Source: an uncultured Mollicutes bacterium (GTDB taxonomy: Bacteria > Bacillota_I > Bacilli_A > RFN20 > CAG-826). From it: 64,000 nt of DNA. Below, in pieces: positions 44,211 through 53,523 of this stretch. Position 1 is the first letter of the stretch. Every line of letters starts with the position of its first letter. The DNA lies in NCBI GenBank assembly GCA_900540385.1, contig UQFY01000010.1:7220-71219 (forward strand). Direction: 5' to 3'. Under the pieces are notes generated by a model. The model worked only from the letters and a program-made list of their open reading frames with translations, did no database searches and had not been told where the DNA came from. Position numbers and translations under genes: made by a program.

Positions 44211-44848
44211 TTTGCTTTGAAACGTTCTGCCATATACATCAGCCAAATTCTTACGTGTAGGGGTATGATGTATTTAGGGTCTTTAAAGAGAGCTAGGCAT
44301 TGATTGATAGGAACGAATTTGGAGTTAATATCCTCAAACTCTTCTAGGGAAGTAGAAGATGTTTCTTTCACCTCCGCCATAAGGAAGGCGTTACATTCAT
44401 CGGTTAAGCCACTTGATGTGGGACTAAAAGGTGTCAGGACTTCAATGTTTTCGATTTTTGAAGCGCCAACCTCTTCCTTTGCTTCACGAAGAGCTGCCTC
44501 ATTTAGGGTTTCTTTGCCTTCTATTAGCCCAGCAGGCACAGAAAACACATAATTCCCTATCGCTGGTCGGAATTGCTTCGTTAAGAGGATTTCTAGCTTC
44601 CCTTCACGAAAACGATATAAGCCAATGACCACAGCATCTGGATTTGAATACTTATGAATGACAGGCCTTAAGCCATTCTCTTCTTTTCTTGACGCAAGGA
44701 AGTAACGATGTTCTTTAAGAACACCTTCCTTAAGAACATCATAATGAAGAACATAGAAATTCAAAAAAGGATGATTGGTCTCCTTTTCTAAGGAGGAGAG
44801 CCTCCAATTCATTTTTCCATGTTCTACATCAAAGAAAGAATCACTCAT
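44198..44848 (-). CDS. NUDIX hydrolase (ADP-ribose pyrophosphatase-like)
   Basis: 216 aa from the ATG at 44848, which overlaps the hslO stop (ATGAGTGA). Nudix box G.IEGKETLNEAALREAKEEVG. Confidence 0.8.
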   Translation of the reverse strand: MSDSFFDVEHGKMNWRLSSLEKETNHPFLNFYVLHYDVLKEGVLKEHRYFLASRKEENGLRPVIHKYSNPDAVVIGLYRFREGKLEILLTKQFRPAIGNYVFSVPAGLIEGKETLNEAALREAKEEVGASKIENIEVLTPFSPTSSGLTDECNAFLMAEVKETSSTSLEEFEDINSKFVPINQCLALFKDPKYIIPLHVRIWLMYMAERFKAKEND

Positions 44849-45743
44849 GTTTCGTCTCCCTTTTAACAAGTATCTCTTGCAAAACGGATTTATCATAAGA
44901 ATAGGATTTTCCACAGAAGTTGCAGTTCAAATCCACTGGCTTTTCTTCATTAATTAAATCTTGAAGATCCTTGCTTGGCAAAGAAGAAAGAACACGAAGG
45001 CCTCTTTCATAAGAACAGTTACATTTCCAAGAAACGTCTTTTTCCTCCTCAAAGAGAGGGTTTAATCCCTTCATGACGATTTCTAAGATCGCCTTTGGAG
45101 AATCTTCGTTCTCTTCTAACATCTTTGTTACAGACGGGATAGTTTTCAAATTGTTTTCCAAAATGGAGATCGTTTCTTCGGAAGTGTTAGGCATTAATTG
45201 GATTAAGAAACCACCAGCGTGATTGACAACGACTTTTTCTTTATCAAAATGAACACCAAGTCCTATAGCGGAAGGGGTTTGTTCGGATTGAGCAAAATAA
45301 TAAGCGAGGTCTTCAGCGATTTCGCCGGTTTGTAAATCGATTTGCGATATATAAGGGGTCTTTAAACCCAAATCTCTAATGACAATGAGATGGCCTTTAC
45401 CAATAGCTCCACCAACATTAAGGTGCCCCGCTTGATTTGGAGGCAAAATAACGGAAGGATTAGAAACGTAAGAACGGACTTCTCCAGCGTTATTAGAAAT
45501 AGCGCTTATATGGGATAATTCACCATCTCCAGCAATTTCTAATGTGAGGGTATCGCTTTCATTTTTTAACCAATGTCCCATCATTAAAGCGGCAGACATC
45601 AATCTTCCGATTGCGGCCGTGCTGATAGGAGAAAGGTTTTGCAAGCTTCTTTTGTAATCCACTAGATCTTTGCTAGTGATGGCGATGGCTTTAATCTCGT
45701 CGTTTTCGCTACGTGCGGTAATCAAATGGTCTTTATAGTTCAT
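44841..45743 (-). CDS. hslO: Hsp33 redox-regulated chaperone
   Basis: 300 aa from the ATG at 45743. Motif SPISTAAIGRLMSAALMMG. C-terminal zinc centre CNCS..(27 aa)..CNFC. Confidence 0.88.
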   Translation of the reverse strand: MNYKDHLITARSENDEIKAIAITSKDLVDYKRSLQNLSPISTAAIGRLMSAALMMGHWLKNESDTLTLEIAGDGELSHISAISNNAGEVRSYVSNPSVILPPNQAGHLNVGGAIGKGHLIVIRDLGLKTPYISQIDLQTGEIAEDLAYYFAQSEQTPSAIGLGVHFDKEKVVVNHAGGFLIQLMPNTSEETISILENNLKTIPSVTKMLEENEDSPKAILEIVMKGLNPLFEEEKDVSWKCNCSYERGLRVLSSLPSKDLQDLINEEKPVDLNCNFCGKSYSYDKSVLQEILVKRETKHE

Positions 45744-45747
45744 ATTT

Positions 45748-47559
45748 TCATTCAAAGGCAAACTGAGAGTTATAAAGGGAGGCATAGAAACCACCTTTTT
45801 TCATCAGTTCTTCGTGGTTGCCTTGTTCGATAATGTTACCATCTTTCATCACCAAAATCATATCGGCGTTGCGGATTGTAGATAGACGATGGGCAATAAC
45901 GAAGGACGTCTTATTCTTCGTAAGCTTATCCATTGCTTCTTGAATGACTTCTTCTGTTCGTGTATCAACGTTGGAAGTGGCTTCATCAAGAATCATCATC
46001 GGGGACTTTCTAAGCATTGCCCTAGCGATGGTAAGAAGTTGTTTTTGACCACCGGAAATGCTGTTTGTGTCTTTAATGTAATAATCTAAACCGTTTGGCA
46101 AAGTATCCACGAAATGATCTAATTTCACTTCTTTTAGGACTTCACGAATCTCTTCATCGGTAACGCCTTTCGTATTGTAGATTAGATTGTCACGAATGCT
46201 TCCTTCGAATACCCATGTATCTTGTAGGACCATACCGAAAATGTCATGAATCTCTTTTCTTGGCATCTCTTTGGTGGAGATGTCATTAATCGAAATTTCG
46301 CCTCCATTAATTTCATAGAAACGCATAAGGAGGTTAACCATGGTGGTTTTTCCCGCTCCCGTAGGACCAACGATTGCCACCTTCATCCCTGGTTTAATAT
46401 CAGCGGAGAAATCATGAATGATCTCTCTACTTGGATCATAGGAGAAAGAAACATCTTTGAATTGAACTTCTCCAGTGAATGGAGCCTTCTCCTTCAACAA
46501 CTTATAAGACATATGGTCTTCGTTAGATAATTCTGGCTCTTTTAAGAAGTCAAAGACGCGTTTTCCTGCCGCTAAAGCTGTTTGCAAGGTATTTAAAGCT
46601 TGGGCAATTTGGGTAAATGGTTGTTGGAAAAGACGGACATATATCATAAAGGCTGCAATCGTTCCTAAAGTGATGCCACCGATTCCATTGGCGATAAAAA
46701 GTCCGCCACTTACGATAATGGCTCCATAACATAAATAAGAGATGAAGCTACTCATAGGCATCATTAATCCGCCAAAGAATTGGGCTTTGAACATATATTC
46801 TTTTAAAAGTTGGTTTTTCTTTTCAAAAGCGCCATTTTCCTTCTTATCGGCATTGAATAGCTTTATGACTAATTGACCAGAGAATTTCTCTTCAACGGCC
46901 CCCTGTATGACGCCAATTTGACTTTGACGCTTTGCGAATTGAGGCATAGCAAGCTTCATAATCATGCCTATAAACAAAAGCATAAGTGGAATGGAAATCA
47001 AAGCAATTAAACCTAGTTGCCAGGATTTAATGAACATGCCAATAAGGGATGCGACCAACATAAATAGAGCGCTAAGCAAAGAAACGACGGCGGTATCAAT
47101 CGATTGGGATAAGGAATCCACATCGTTTGTAACACGGGATAGAACGTCTCCAATTTGTGTTCCATCAAAATAGGCAAGAGGTAGGCGATTGATTTTCTTT
47201 GTGATATCTTTTCTCAAAGAATTTGCGTAACGTTGGGTTACTGTAGCAACAATAAAAGAAGAAAGATAAGAACAGATAGCGCAAGAAACGTACATCAAGC
47301 CTAAAATCAAAGCGTATTTTCCAACCAAGGTCATATCAATCGTTCGTGTTGCAGCATGATCAGAAATCTCATTCGTTAAATCTTCAACGTAATTTGGAGC
47401 CAATACGGCAAGGATCACGTTAATTAAAATGAAGATGGCGGCAAGTAAAATAGGAAGGAAATAATTTTTTAGTGAAGATAGAAGCTTAGCGGCGGCTTCT
47501 CTTTTTTCTTCTTTGGTTAATTTCTTTCTCGCTTTTCCGAAAATTGGACGTGGGCTCAT
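45748..47559 (-). CDS. ABC exporter, fused permease/ATPase (type I, heterodimer partner)
   Basis: 603 aa from the ATG at 47559 (ATGA overlap, AAGGAGG ribosome-binding site). 6-TM domain, GPTGAGKTT, ISGGQKQ and ILDEATS motifs. Confidence 0.9.
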   Translation of the reverse strand: MSPRPIFGKARKKLTKEEKREAAAKLLSSLKNYFLPILLAAIFILINVILAVLAPNYVEDLTNEISDHAATRTIDMTLVGKYALILGLMYVSCAICSYLSSFIVATVTQRYANSLRKDITKKINRLPLAYFDGTQIGDVLSRVTNDVDSLSQSIDTAVVSLLSALFMLVASLIGMFIKSWQLGLIALISIPLMLLFIGMIMKLAMPQFAKRQSQIGVIQGAVEEKFSGQLVIKLFNADKKENGAFEKKNQLLKEYMFKAQFFGGLMMPMSSFISYLCYGAIIVSGGLFIANGIGGITLGTIAAFMIYVRLFQQPFTQIAQALNTLQTALAAGKRVFDFLKEPELSNEDHMSYKLLKEKAPFTGEVQFKDVSFSYDPSREIIHDFSADIKPGMKVAIVGPTGAGKTTMVNLLMRFYEINGGEISINDISTKEMPRKEIHDIFGMVLQDTWVFEGSIRDNLIYNTKGVTDEEIREVLKEVKLDHFVDTLPNGLDYYIKDTNSISGGQKQLLTIARAMLRKSPMMILDEATSNVDTRTEEVIQEAMDKLTKNKTSFVIAHRLSTIRNADMILVMKDGNIIEQGNHEELMKKGGFYASLYNSQFAFE

Positions 47560-49436
47560 AAACCTAATTCCTCCTTTGATAATTGTGATAAAGCAATGTC
47601 TCGATAAGTGGAGCAAGTATGCAACAAATCCTTGTGCTTGCCTTGTCCGACGACCTCACCATTTTCCAAAACGATGATCTCGTCTGCATCCATGATGGTT
47701 CCAATTCTTTGGGCGACGATGATTTTCGTTACGTTTGGCAAAGAGTTTTTGATGTTTTCACGAACTTGTAAATCCGTTTTAAAATCAAGAGCGGAGAAAG
47801 AATCATCAAAGACCATGATTTCTGGATCGATGGCTAAGGCTCGAGCGATACAAATTCTTTGCTTTTGCCCACCTGAGACGTTCGTTCCTCCTTGAGCAAT
47901 AGGCGCGTTATATTTATCTGGCGTTTCTTCAATAAAAGAACTTGCACAAGCAATATCCGCGACTTTTTTCATTTTCTCTTCGCTAAGAGTGTCAACCCCA
48001 AAACCAATATTGGAGGCAACCGTACCAGAGAAAAGAACGCCTTTTTGAGGGACGAATCCGATTTTAGAACGCAAGGTTTTTTGTTTGATGTCTTTGATAT
48101 TGGCTCCATCGATTTTTACTTCGCCTGAAGTTACATCGTATAAACGTGAGACCAAATTCACGAGAGAAGACTTACCACATCCAGTCGCGCCAATTATCGC
48201 GATGGTTTGCCCTGCATTGGCGTGGAAGGATAGATGGGAAATGATTGGTTTCTCTCCATCAGGATATTGGAAAGAAACGTCTTTGAATTCAATCTCACCT
48301 TCACTAGAAAGAACTGCTTCTTTTTCTGGATCTTGAATAGAGGATTCCGTAGCTAAAAGCTCGTTGATACGTTTTGCGGAAATGGAGGCTCTTGGCCAAA
48401 GAACAAACATCATTAACAACATCATGAAGGACATGACGATTTGTACGGCTAAAGTCGAGAAAGAGGAAATTGTGGCATAATCCGCTTTCCCTTGGTTAAT
48501 AACATATGCGCCAACAGCAAGAATACCTACTGTCACTCCATCCATAACAATGGTCATGACAGGATTTAAGATGCCCATTGCTCGGGAAGTAAAGAGGTTC
48601 AACTTCGTTAAATCGTCGTTGGCTTTTTTGAATTTTTCTTCTTGATATTCTTCTGCGTTATAAGCGTGAACAACGCGGATTCCAGTAATGTGTTCTCGCG
48701 TAATGCCGTTTAATCTATCCACGATTTGCTGGGAAATTTTGAATTTTGGAAGGACTAAAATCATAATGACAGCTAAGGCAACAACCAAAATCAGAATTGC
48801 AACGATAGTGGTTAAGGTTAATTCGCTTGAAGAAGCTTGAATCTTACAAATGGCCCAAATAGAAGTGACAGGAGCAGCAAATACCATTCTTAACATCAAG
48901 AGAATGCACATCTGAATTTGTTCGATATCGTTTGTTGCTCTTGTAATTAAAGAAGCAGTGGAGAAACGATTGATTTCCGCTAATGAGAAAGTGGATACTT
49001 TTTCGTTGATGTCGCTACGAATTTTGGTGGCGAAATGAGCCGTTACTGCTGAAGCGATAACCGAAATCAACATCGCAGTAAGCGTATAGGAAAGAGCATA
49101 TAAGGCGAAATATCCGGCGTGGACCCAAACTTTGCCCATCGAAGCGTCCGCGATATTTGTAATTGTTTCAACCATGGCTGGTTCTAAACCAGGAACAGCA
49201 GAAATTCTTTCTTTTAATACGTTCCAATCGGAACCACATGACTTAAAGAAAGCGTAAACTGTATCTCCTAATAAAGATGGGTCTTTTTGATAGCCGATAT
49301 AGGTGATTTCTCTCATGAGGTTCGCAATTTCATCGGTTAATTGCATTGTGCACCAAACCTGAAGAACCGTTAAAGCAACTATTAAGAGAATAAAAACCCA
49401 ATCTAAAGGTCGAAATTTTTTGAACAATTTGAACAT
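47556..49436 (-). CDS. ABC exporter, fused permease/ATPase (type I, heterodimer partner)
   Basis: 626 aa. 6-TM domain, GATGCGKSS, VSGGQKQR and VFDDSFS (the Walker B-adjacent residue is degenerate). Confidence 0.9.
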   Translation of the reverse strand: MFKLFKKFRPLDWVFILLIVALTVLQVWCTMQLTDEIANLMREITYIGYQKDPSLLGDTVYAFFKSCGSDWNVLKERISAVPGLEPAMVETITNIADASMGKVWVHAGYFALYALSYTLTAMLISVIASAVTAHFATKIRSDINEKVSTFSLAEINRFSTASLITRATNDIEQIQMCILLMLRMVFAAPVTSIWAICKIQASSSELTLTTIVAILILVVALAVIMILVLPKFKISQQIVDRLNGITREHITGIRVVHAYNAEEYQEEKFKKANDDLTKLNLFTSRAMGILNPVMTIVMDGVTVGILAVGAYVINQGKADYATISSFSTLAVQIVMSFMMLLMMFVLWPRASISAKRINELLATESSIQDPEKEAVLSSEGEIEFKDVSFQYPDGEKPIISHLSFHANAGQTIAIIGATGCGKSSLVNLVSRLYDVTSGEVKIDGANIKDIKQKTLRSKIGFVPQKGVLFSGTVASNIGFGVDTLSEEKMKKVADIACASSFIEETPDKYNAPIAQGGTNVSGGQKQRICIARALAIDPEIMVFDDSFSALDFKTDLQVRENIKNSLPNVTKIIVAQRIGTIMDADEIIVLENGEVVGQGKHKDLLHTCSTYRDIALSQLSKEELGL

Positions 49437-49550
49437 TAGATGTACCTCCTTAAAATGGTTTGCATGCGAACTATTTTAGGTATTTCACATCTTTTGTCAA
49501 TGCTTAAAAAATATTTTTTAAATAAAAATTTTATAAAGAAATGAAGGGGG

Positions 49551-50918
49551 CTATTTTACGATGTTTTTCACTTCCGAAATAATCTCTTCTTTTGGGGAAG
49601 AAACGATCTCGAGATAGGCTTGTTTGCCTCTTACCTCATAAAGAGAAAATTCTTGCCCCTTGTAATTTAAACGGGTCTTAATTTTCTCCTCAGCCTTAGA
49701 GATTTCAAAGCCGTTATCTAGGAAAGAAAAGATGACGTCATCATTAGAAGACCAAACGTGAGAGATATCGTTTTCATCCAGTAAGACATTGATAGGACGA
49801 ATGATTTTATTATCCATACGGAACTTAGGGGCTCCCTTATGAACAAGGGATCCTGGTATATAGGTTTTTCCTCCATCCAAAGATCTTTCACGGAAACGCA
49901 AAAGATTTTGATTTTCTAGTTTTTCTCCTGGGACGGTGAAATAGAAATCTTTTTGATAGGAGACGCTTTCGATCTTGGAGTCCTTCTTTAATTGCTTTAT
50001 GGCTTCGATATTTTCTACTGGGAAGGTGTCTCTTGAGGTGTATAAGTCACCTTCTCTTAATTCATGGAAGGAGAAATCATTTTCAAGAACGATATCTGCT
50101 TGGCTTTTATTTGGCAAAATGGTTTTGCGGTAGGAATCCAAAATATATTTGAAATAAAGACTGATGGTAAAGGCGCTACTTGCGGAGGTGAGTTTCTTAT
50201 CACGGATGATTCTACGAAGGAAAAGAGTCTTAGGATTTCCTTCAATAAAATTCTTCACAGGTGAAAAAGAGGCGACCCGTGTAACGAAATTCGGGTTTAG
50301 AGCATAGATTCCCTCGACAATAATAACGTCATAATTCTTGCCATCCCAAAGAACGTCGCTAGGCATTCTTTCGCTGGTGATCTTAGAATAGTTTTTTGCA
50401 TAGATAGCTTGATTATCAAATAGAAGTTTAATATCTTCTGCCGCTTCAGGAAGGTTATAAACCGTCGGTTCATCAAAGTTCAATTTCTTCCATTCTTCAT
50501 TTAAAGCGGGTATGAAGACGTCCAGTTTATCTTCAGGCAAAAGATCTTTAATCTCTTCTTTAATCTTTGGAAGAGTGCCCCAATCGTATTTCTTATCGAA
50601 AGGAACGTTGATAATAATCTTTTTAATACGTTTGATAATTTCAGGCATATTCTCCAAAGAAGAATGAAAATAATTCAAATTCACTTTATTTGGAATGATT
50701 CCCGAAAGACCGAAGTTATATTGGTCCAATGAAAAGGTAAGGCAACGTTTTCCCGCCCCTTCAAAAGCCTTTTTCAATGAGGCAGCTAAGAAAGATTTAC
50801 CTGAAGATGAAGCTCCAGCGATGATAATTAACGCTTTAGAGCTCTTCTCTAATTGCTCTTCGGCAAGATCCGTATTTGCAAAAATCCATTTATCTGTGTG
50901 ATGGCAAGTATATTTCAT
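49551..50918 (-). CDS. Uridine-kinase-like P-loop domain fused to a CYTH (triphosphate tunnel) domain
   Basis: 455 aa. N-terminal IIAGASSSGKSF P-loop and VIIVEGIYAL (PRK/Udk-like). The C-terminal ~170 aa carry the CYTH pattern (YQKDFYF..LRFRE.....K..........LYEVRGK.AYLEI). Confidence 0.7.
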   Translation of the reverse strand: MKYTCHHTDKWIFANTDLAEEQLEKSSKALIIIAGASSSGKSFLAASLKKAFEGAGKRCLTFSLDQYNFGLSGIIPNKVNLNYFHSSLENMPEIIKRIKKIIINVPFDKKYDWGTLPKIKEEIKDLLPEDKLDVFIPALNEEWKKLNFDEPTVYNLPEAAEDIKLLFDNQAIYAKNYSKITSERMPSDVLWDGKNYDVIIVEGIYALNPNFVTRVASFSPVKNFIEGNPKTLFLRRIIRDKKLTSASSAFTISLYFKYILDSYRKTILPNKSQADIVLENDFSFHELREGDLYTSRDTFPVENIEAIKQLKKDSKIESVSYQKDFYFTVPGEKLENQNLLRFRERSLDGGKTYIPGSLVHKGAPKFRMDNKIIRPINVLLDENDISHVWSSNDDVIFSFLDNGFEISKAEEKIKTRLNYKGQEFSLYEVRGKQAYLEIVSSPKEEIISEVKNIVK

Positions 50919-51015
50919 AAGCGTGCTCCTATGGCTAACATTCTAGGAAGAAATACCTCTCTTTGGAAGAAAAGATGCTTAGATTTGCTACATTCTTTTC
51001 CTCTTTTCTTTTAGA

Positions 51016-51648
51016 ATGATGATGGTTATGGAAATGAGCGAATTAGAAAAAATGAGTCAGGGAAAACTATATGATGCGGGCGACCCTTCTTTATCTAAGG
51101 CAAGAGATAAAGCTCATTCTTTGGCTTTTCGTTATAATCAATTAGATGAACTTCATAAAGAAGAAAGAACAGAAATTCTCAAAGAACTTCTTCCGAATTT
51201 GGGGGAGGGTTCATTCCTAACGGGTCCTATCTATTTTGATTATGGCTTTAACTTTCATACAGGGGCTCGTTTCTATGCTAATTTTCATTTTGTTTGTCTT
51301 GATGTATGCGAAGTTGATATAGGAAATGACGTATATTGTGGTCCCAACGTTTCTATCAATACGCCTCTTCACCCTCTTTTAGCCGAGGAAAGAAACCAGT
51401 ATATGAGTGAACATGGAATGACCGATAAGGAATACGGAAAGAAAATCGTGATTGGCTCAAATTGTTGGCTCGCTTCAAATGTAACAATCTGTGCCGGTGC
51501 TCATATTGGAAATGATTGTGTGATTGGCGCAGGGAGTGTGGTTGTTGGTAATATACCTGATGGGTATCTTGCTTATGGGGTGCCCGCCAAACCAATACGG
51601 AAGATCAACAAAGAAGATTCCGTCTATTTGAAAAAGGATTTATTTTAA
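51016..51648 (+). CDS. maa: Maltose/galactoside O-acetyltransferase (hexapeptide repeat)
   Basis: N-terminal EKM..GKLYDAGDP..S..R motif and a left-handed beta-helix repeat region. Several in-frame ATGs (51016-51034) leave the start uncertain. Confidence 0.85.
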   Translation: MMMVMEMSELEKMSQGKLYDAGDPSLSKARDKAHSLAFRYNQLDELHKEERTEILKELLPNLGEGSFLTGPIYFDYGFNFHTGARFYANFHFVCLDVCEVDIGNDVYCGPNVSINTPLHPLLAEERNQYMSEHGMTDKEYGKKIVIGSNCWLASNVTICAGAHIGNDCVIGAGSVVVGNIPDGYLAYGVPAKPIRKINKEDSVYLKKDLF

Positions 51649-51650
51649 TT

Positions 51651-53036
51651 ATGCCTATCTTAGCCGCCTTTATGGTGCCTCACCCAATATCTGCCATTCC
51701 GGAAATCGGTAAGGGAAAAGAAAGCAAGTTGTCTGCGACGGTTGCTTCCTTTAATTTGATTGCTAAGAAAATTGCTCAACTTCAACCTGATACGATTATT
51801 TGGATTTCGCCTCATGCTGAAAGCTATGCGGATTTTTTCCAAATAGCGGATGGAGATGTAGGTATAGGCTCGTTTAAGAAATATGGGGCTCCCGATCTTT
51901 CTTTCCGTATGCTCTATGACAAAATCCTTGCTCGTGAGATCTCTAGAGAATGCAAAATGAATCGTTTGCAGGGCGGAACGGAAAATGGAACAGAAGATGA
52001 ATTGGACCATGGCACTATGGTGCCGTTATATTTTGTGAATCGTGAATTTCGTGATTTTTTAAGTGTTCGTGTAGGCGTATCTGGACAATCTTTAGCGGAA
52101 CATTACCGTTTTGGGCAAATCATTAAATCTTCGGTGAATCAATTAGGAAGAAAAGCGGTGGTAATTGCTTCAGGCGACCTCTCACATTGCCAATCGAGGA
52201 CCGCTTCCTATGGCTATCGCCCAGAAGGGGCCATATATGATGAGCAAATCATGCGCATCATGACAAAGGCGAATTTTGGAGAACTCTTATCATTTAACCG
52301 TTTCTTGCTTGGGGAAGCCATTCAATGCGGACATGCCTCATTCACGATTCTTGCTGGCTGTCTTGATAGACAAGATGTGGATTGTCTCCGTTTGTCTCAT
52401 GAAGCGCCATACGGTACAGGATATGGCTTTTGTTGTTTCACCCCAAAAGGAGAAAACCAATCCCGAGCATTTTTGAATCTCTATCAAGAAAGAGAACGTC
52501 TCTTAGCCAAAGAAAGAATGGATAGGGCAGACGTATATGTTCGTTTGGCTCGTCAAGCCATTGAAACTTTTATCGCCACGAAACGTTTTCTGAAGCCTTC
52601 CCAAACATTGCCTCCAGAGCTTAACAAAGAAAAAGCAGGCGTTTTCGTTACTATCTATCGTGAGGGAGAGCTTAGAGGATGCATTGGCAGTATCAAACCA
52701 AGGAAGAAAACGCTGGCAGAGGAAATTATTGCTAATGCAGTGGCTGCTGCTTATAAGGATGAACGTTTTGAACCTTTAAGCGAAAAAGAACTGGATAGCC
52801 TCATTATCGTCGTGGATGTTGTAAGGAACCTTATCCCTGTTCTGTCTATTACTGATCTAGACTCTCAAAAATATGGTGTCATGGTCGAATTCGAAGAAAA
52901 ACACGCTGTCCTTTTGCCAAAATTACCTGGAATTGATACGCCTGAAAAACAAATTGAGATATGTAAACGTAAGGTGGATATTCCTCCTTACGAAGACGTC
53001 GATCTATATCGTTTTGAAACGGAGCATCACGTATAA
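51651..53036 (+). CDS. Fusion of a class III extradiol dioxygenase-like (LigB/Memo-like) domain and an AMMECR1 domain
   Basis: 461 aa. N-terminal half has DHGTMVPLYF and SGDLSHC. C-terminal half has GVFVTIYREGELRGCIGSI, the AMMECR1 signature. Confidence 0.75.
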   Translation: MPILAAFMVPHPISAIPEIGKGKESKLSATVASFNLIAKKIAQLQPDTIIWISPHAESYADFFQIADGDVGIGSFKKYGAPDLSFRMLYDKILAREISRECKMNRLQGGTENGTEDELDHGTMVPLYFVNREFRDFLSVRVGVSGQSLAEHYRFGQIIKSSVNQLGRKAVVIASGDLSHCQSRTASYGYRPEGAIYDEQIMRIMTKANFGELLSFNRFLLGEAIQCGHASFTILAGCLDRQDVDCLRLSHEAPYGTGYGFCCFTPKGENQSRAFLNLYQERERLLAKERMDRADVYVRLARQAIETFIATKRFLKPSQTLPPELNKEKAGVFVTIYREGELRGCIGSIKPRKKTLAEEIIANAVAAAYKDERFEPLSEKELDSLIIVVDVVRNLIPVLSITDLDSQKYGVMVEFEEKHAVLLPKLPGIDTPEKQIEICKRKVDIPPYEDVDLYRFETEHHV

Positions 53037-53039
53037 ATA

Positions 53040-53486
53040 TTAGTGACGGGTTCTACTTCGGTAGGTTTTAGGATAGAGGAATTTGGCCATTTTTAGATAT
53101 ATGTCTCCATCCTTTTCAATAAATTCCCCATTATTAGAAACGTGATAACCGTTTTTTGAAAAGAAGTCTTTCATCTGTAAGGGAATGAAAACAATTGTCC
53201 ATCTTCCACCCAATTCTTTGATTTTTGTTTCCATAAATTTCAAGGTGTAGCTTCCTACCTTTTTATGGCGGCAATCTTCTCTTACCGTTATGGAAATGAT
53301 TTCCCATGTTTCGGGGTCAATTTCTAAAAAAGAACCGACCCCTATAGGTGTCTTTTGCAAAAATATGGTTAAAAACCAAGGCTTATTTTCGGAAGAAGAA
53401 AAGTTATCTCTAGCTAAATAAGCAACTTGTTTTTCTTCTTGTTTTATTTCTGCTGTTTCTTGATGAGAGAATTTGAAATCAATCAT
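53040..53486 (-). CDS. GNAT family N-acetyltransferase
   Basis: 148 aa. Acetyl-CoA motif region VREDCRHKKVGSYTL. TATACT lies 6 nt before the ATG. Confidence 0.75.
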   Translation of the reverse strand: MIDFKFSHQETAEIKQEEKQVAYLARDNFSSSENKPWFLTIFLQKTPIGVGSFLEIDPETWEIISITVREDCRHKKVGSYTLKFMETKIKELGGRWTIVFIPLQMKDFFSKNGYHVSNNGEFIEKDGDIYLKMAKFLYPKTYRSRTRH

Positions 53487-53487
53487 A

Positions 53488-53516
53488 TTTCAAGTATAGT
53501 GGAAAAAGTGTAAAAT
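53488..53516 (+). promoter_or_regulatory. Putative promoter for the 53524 membrane gene, overlapping the divergent GNAT -10
   Basis: TTTCAA-17 nt-TAAAAT-7 nt-ATG on the plus strand. On the minus strand TATACT (53493-53498) lies 6 nt before the GNAT ATG. The whole intergenic region is 37 nt. Confidence 0.45.
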
Positions 53517-53523
53517 CAATAAC

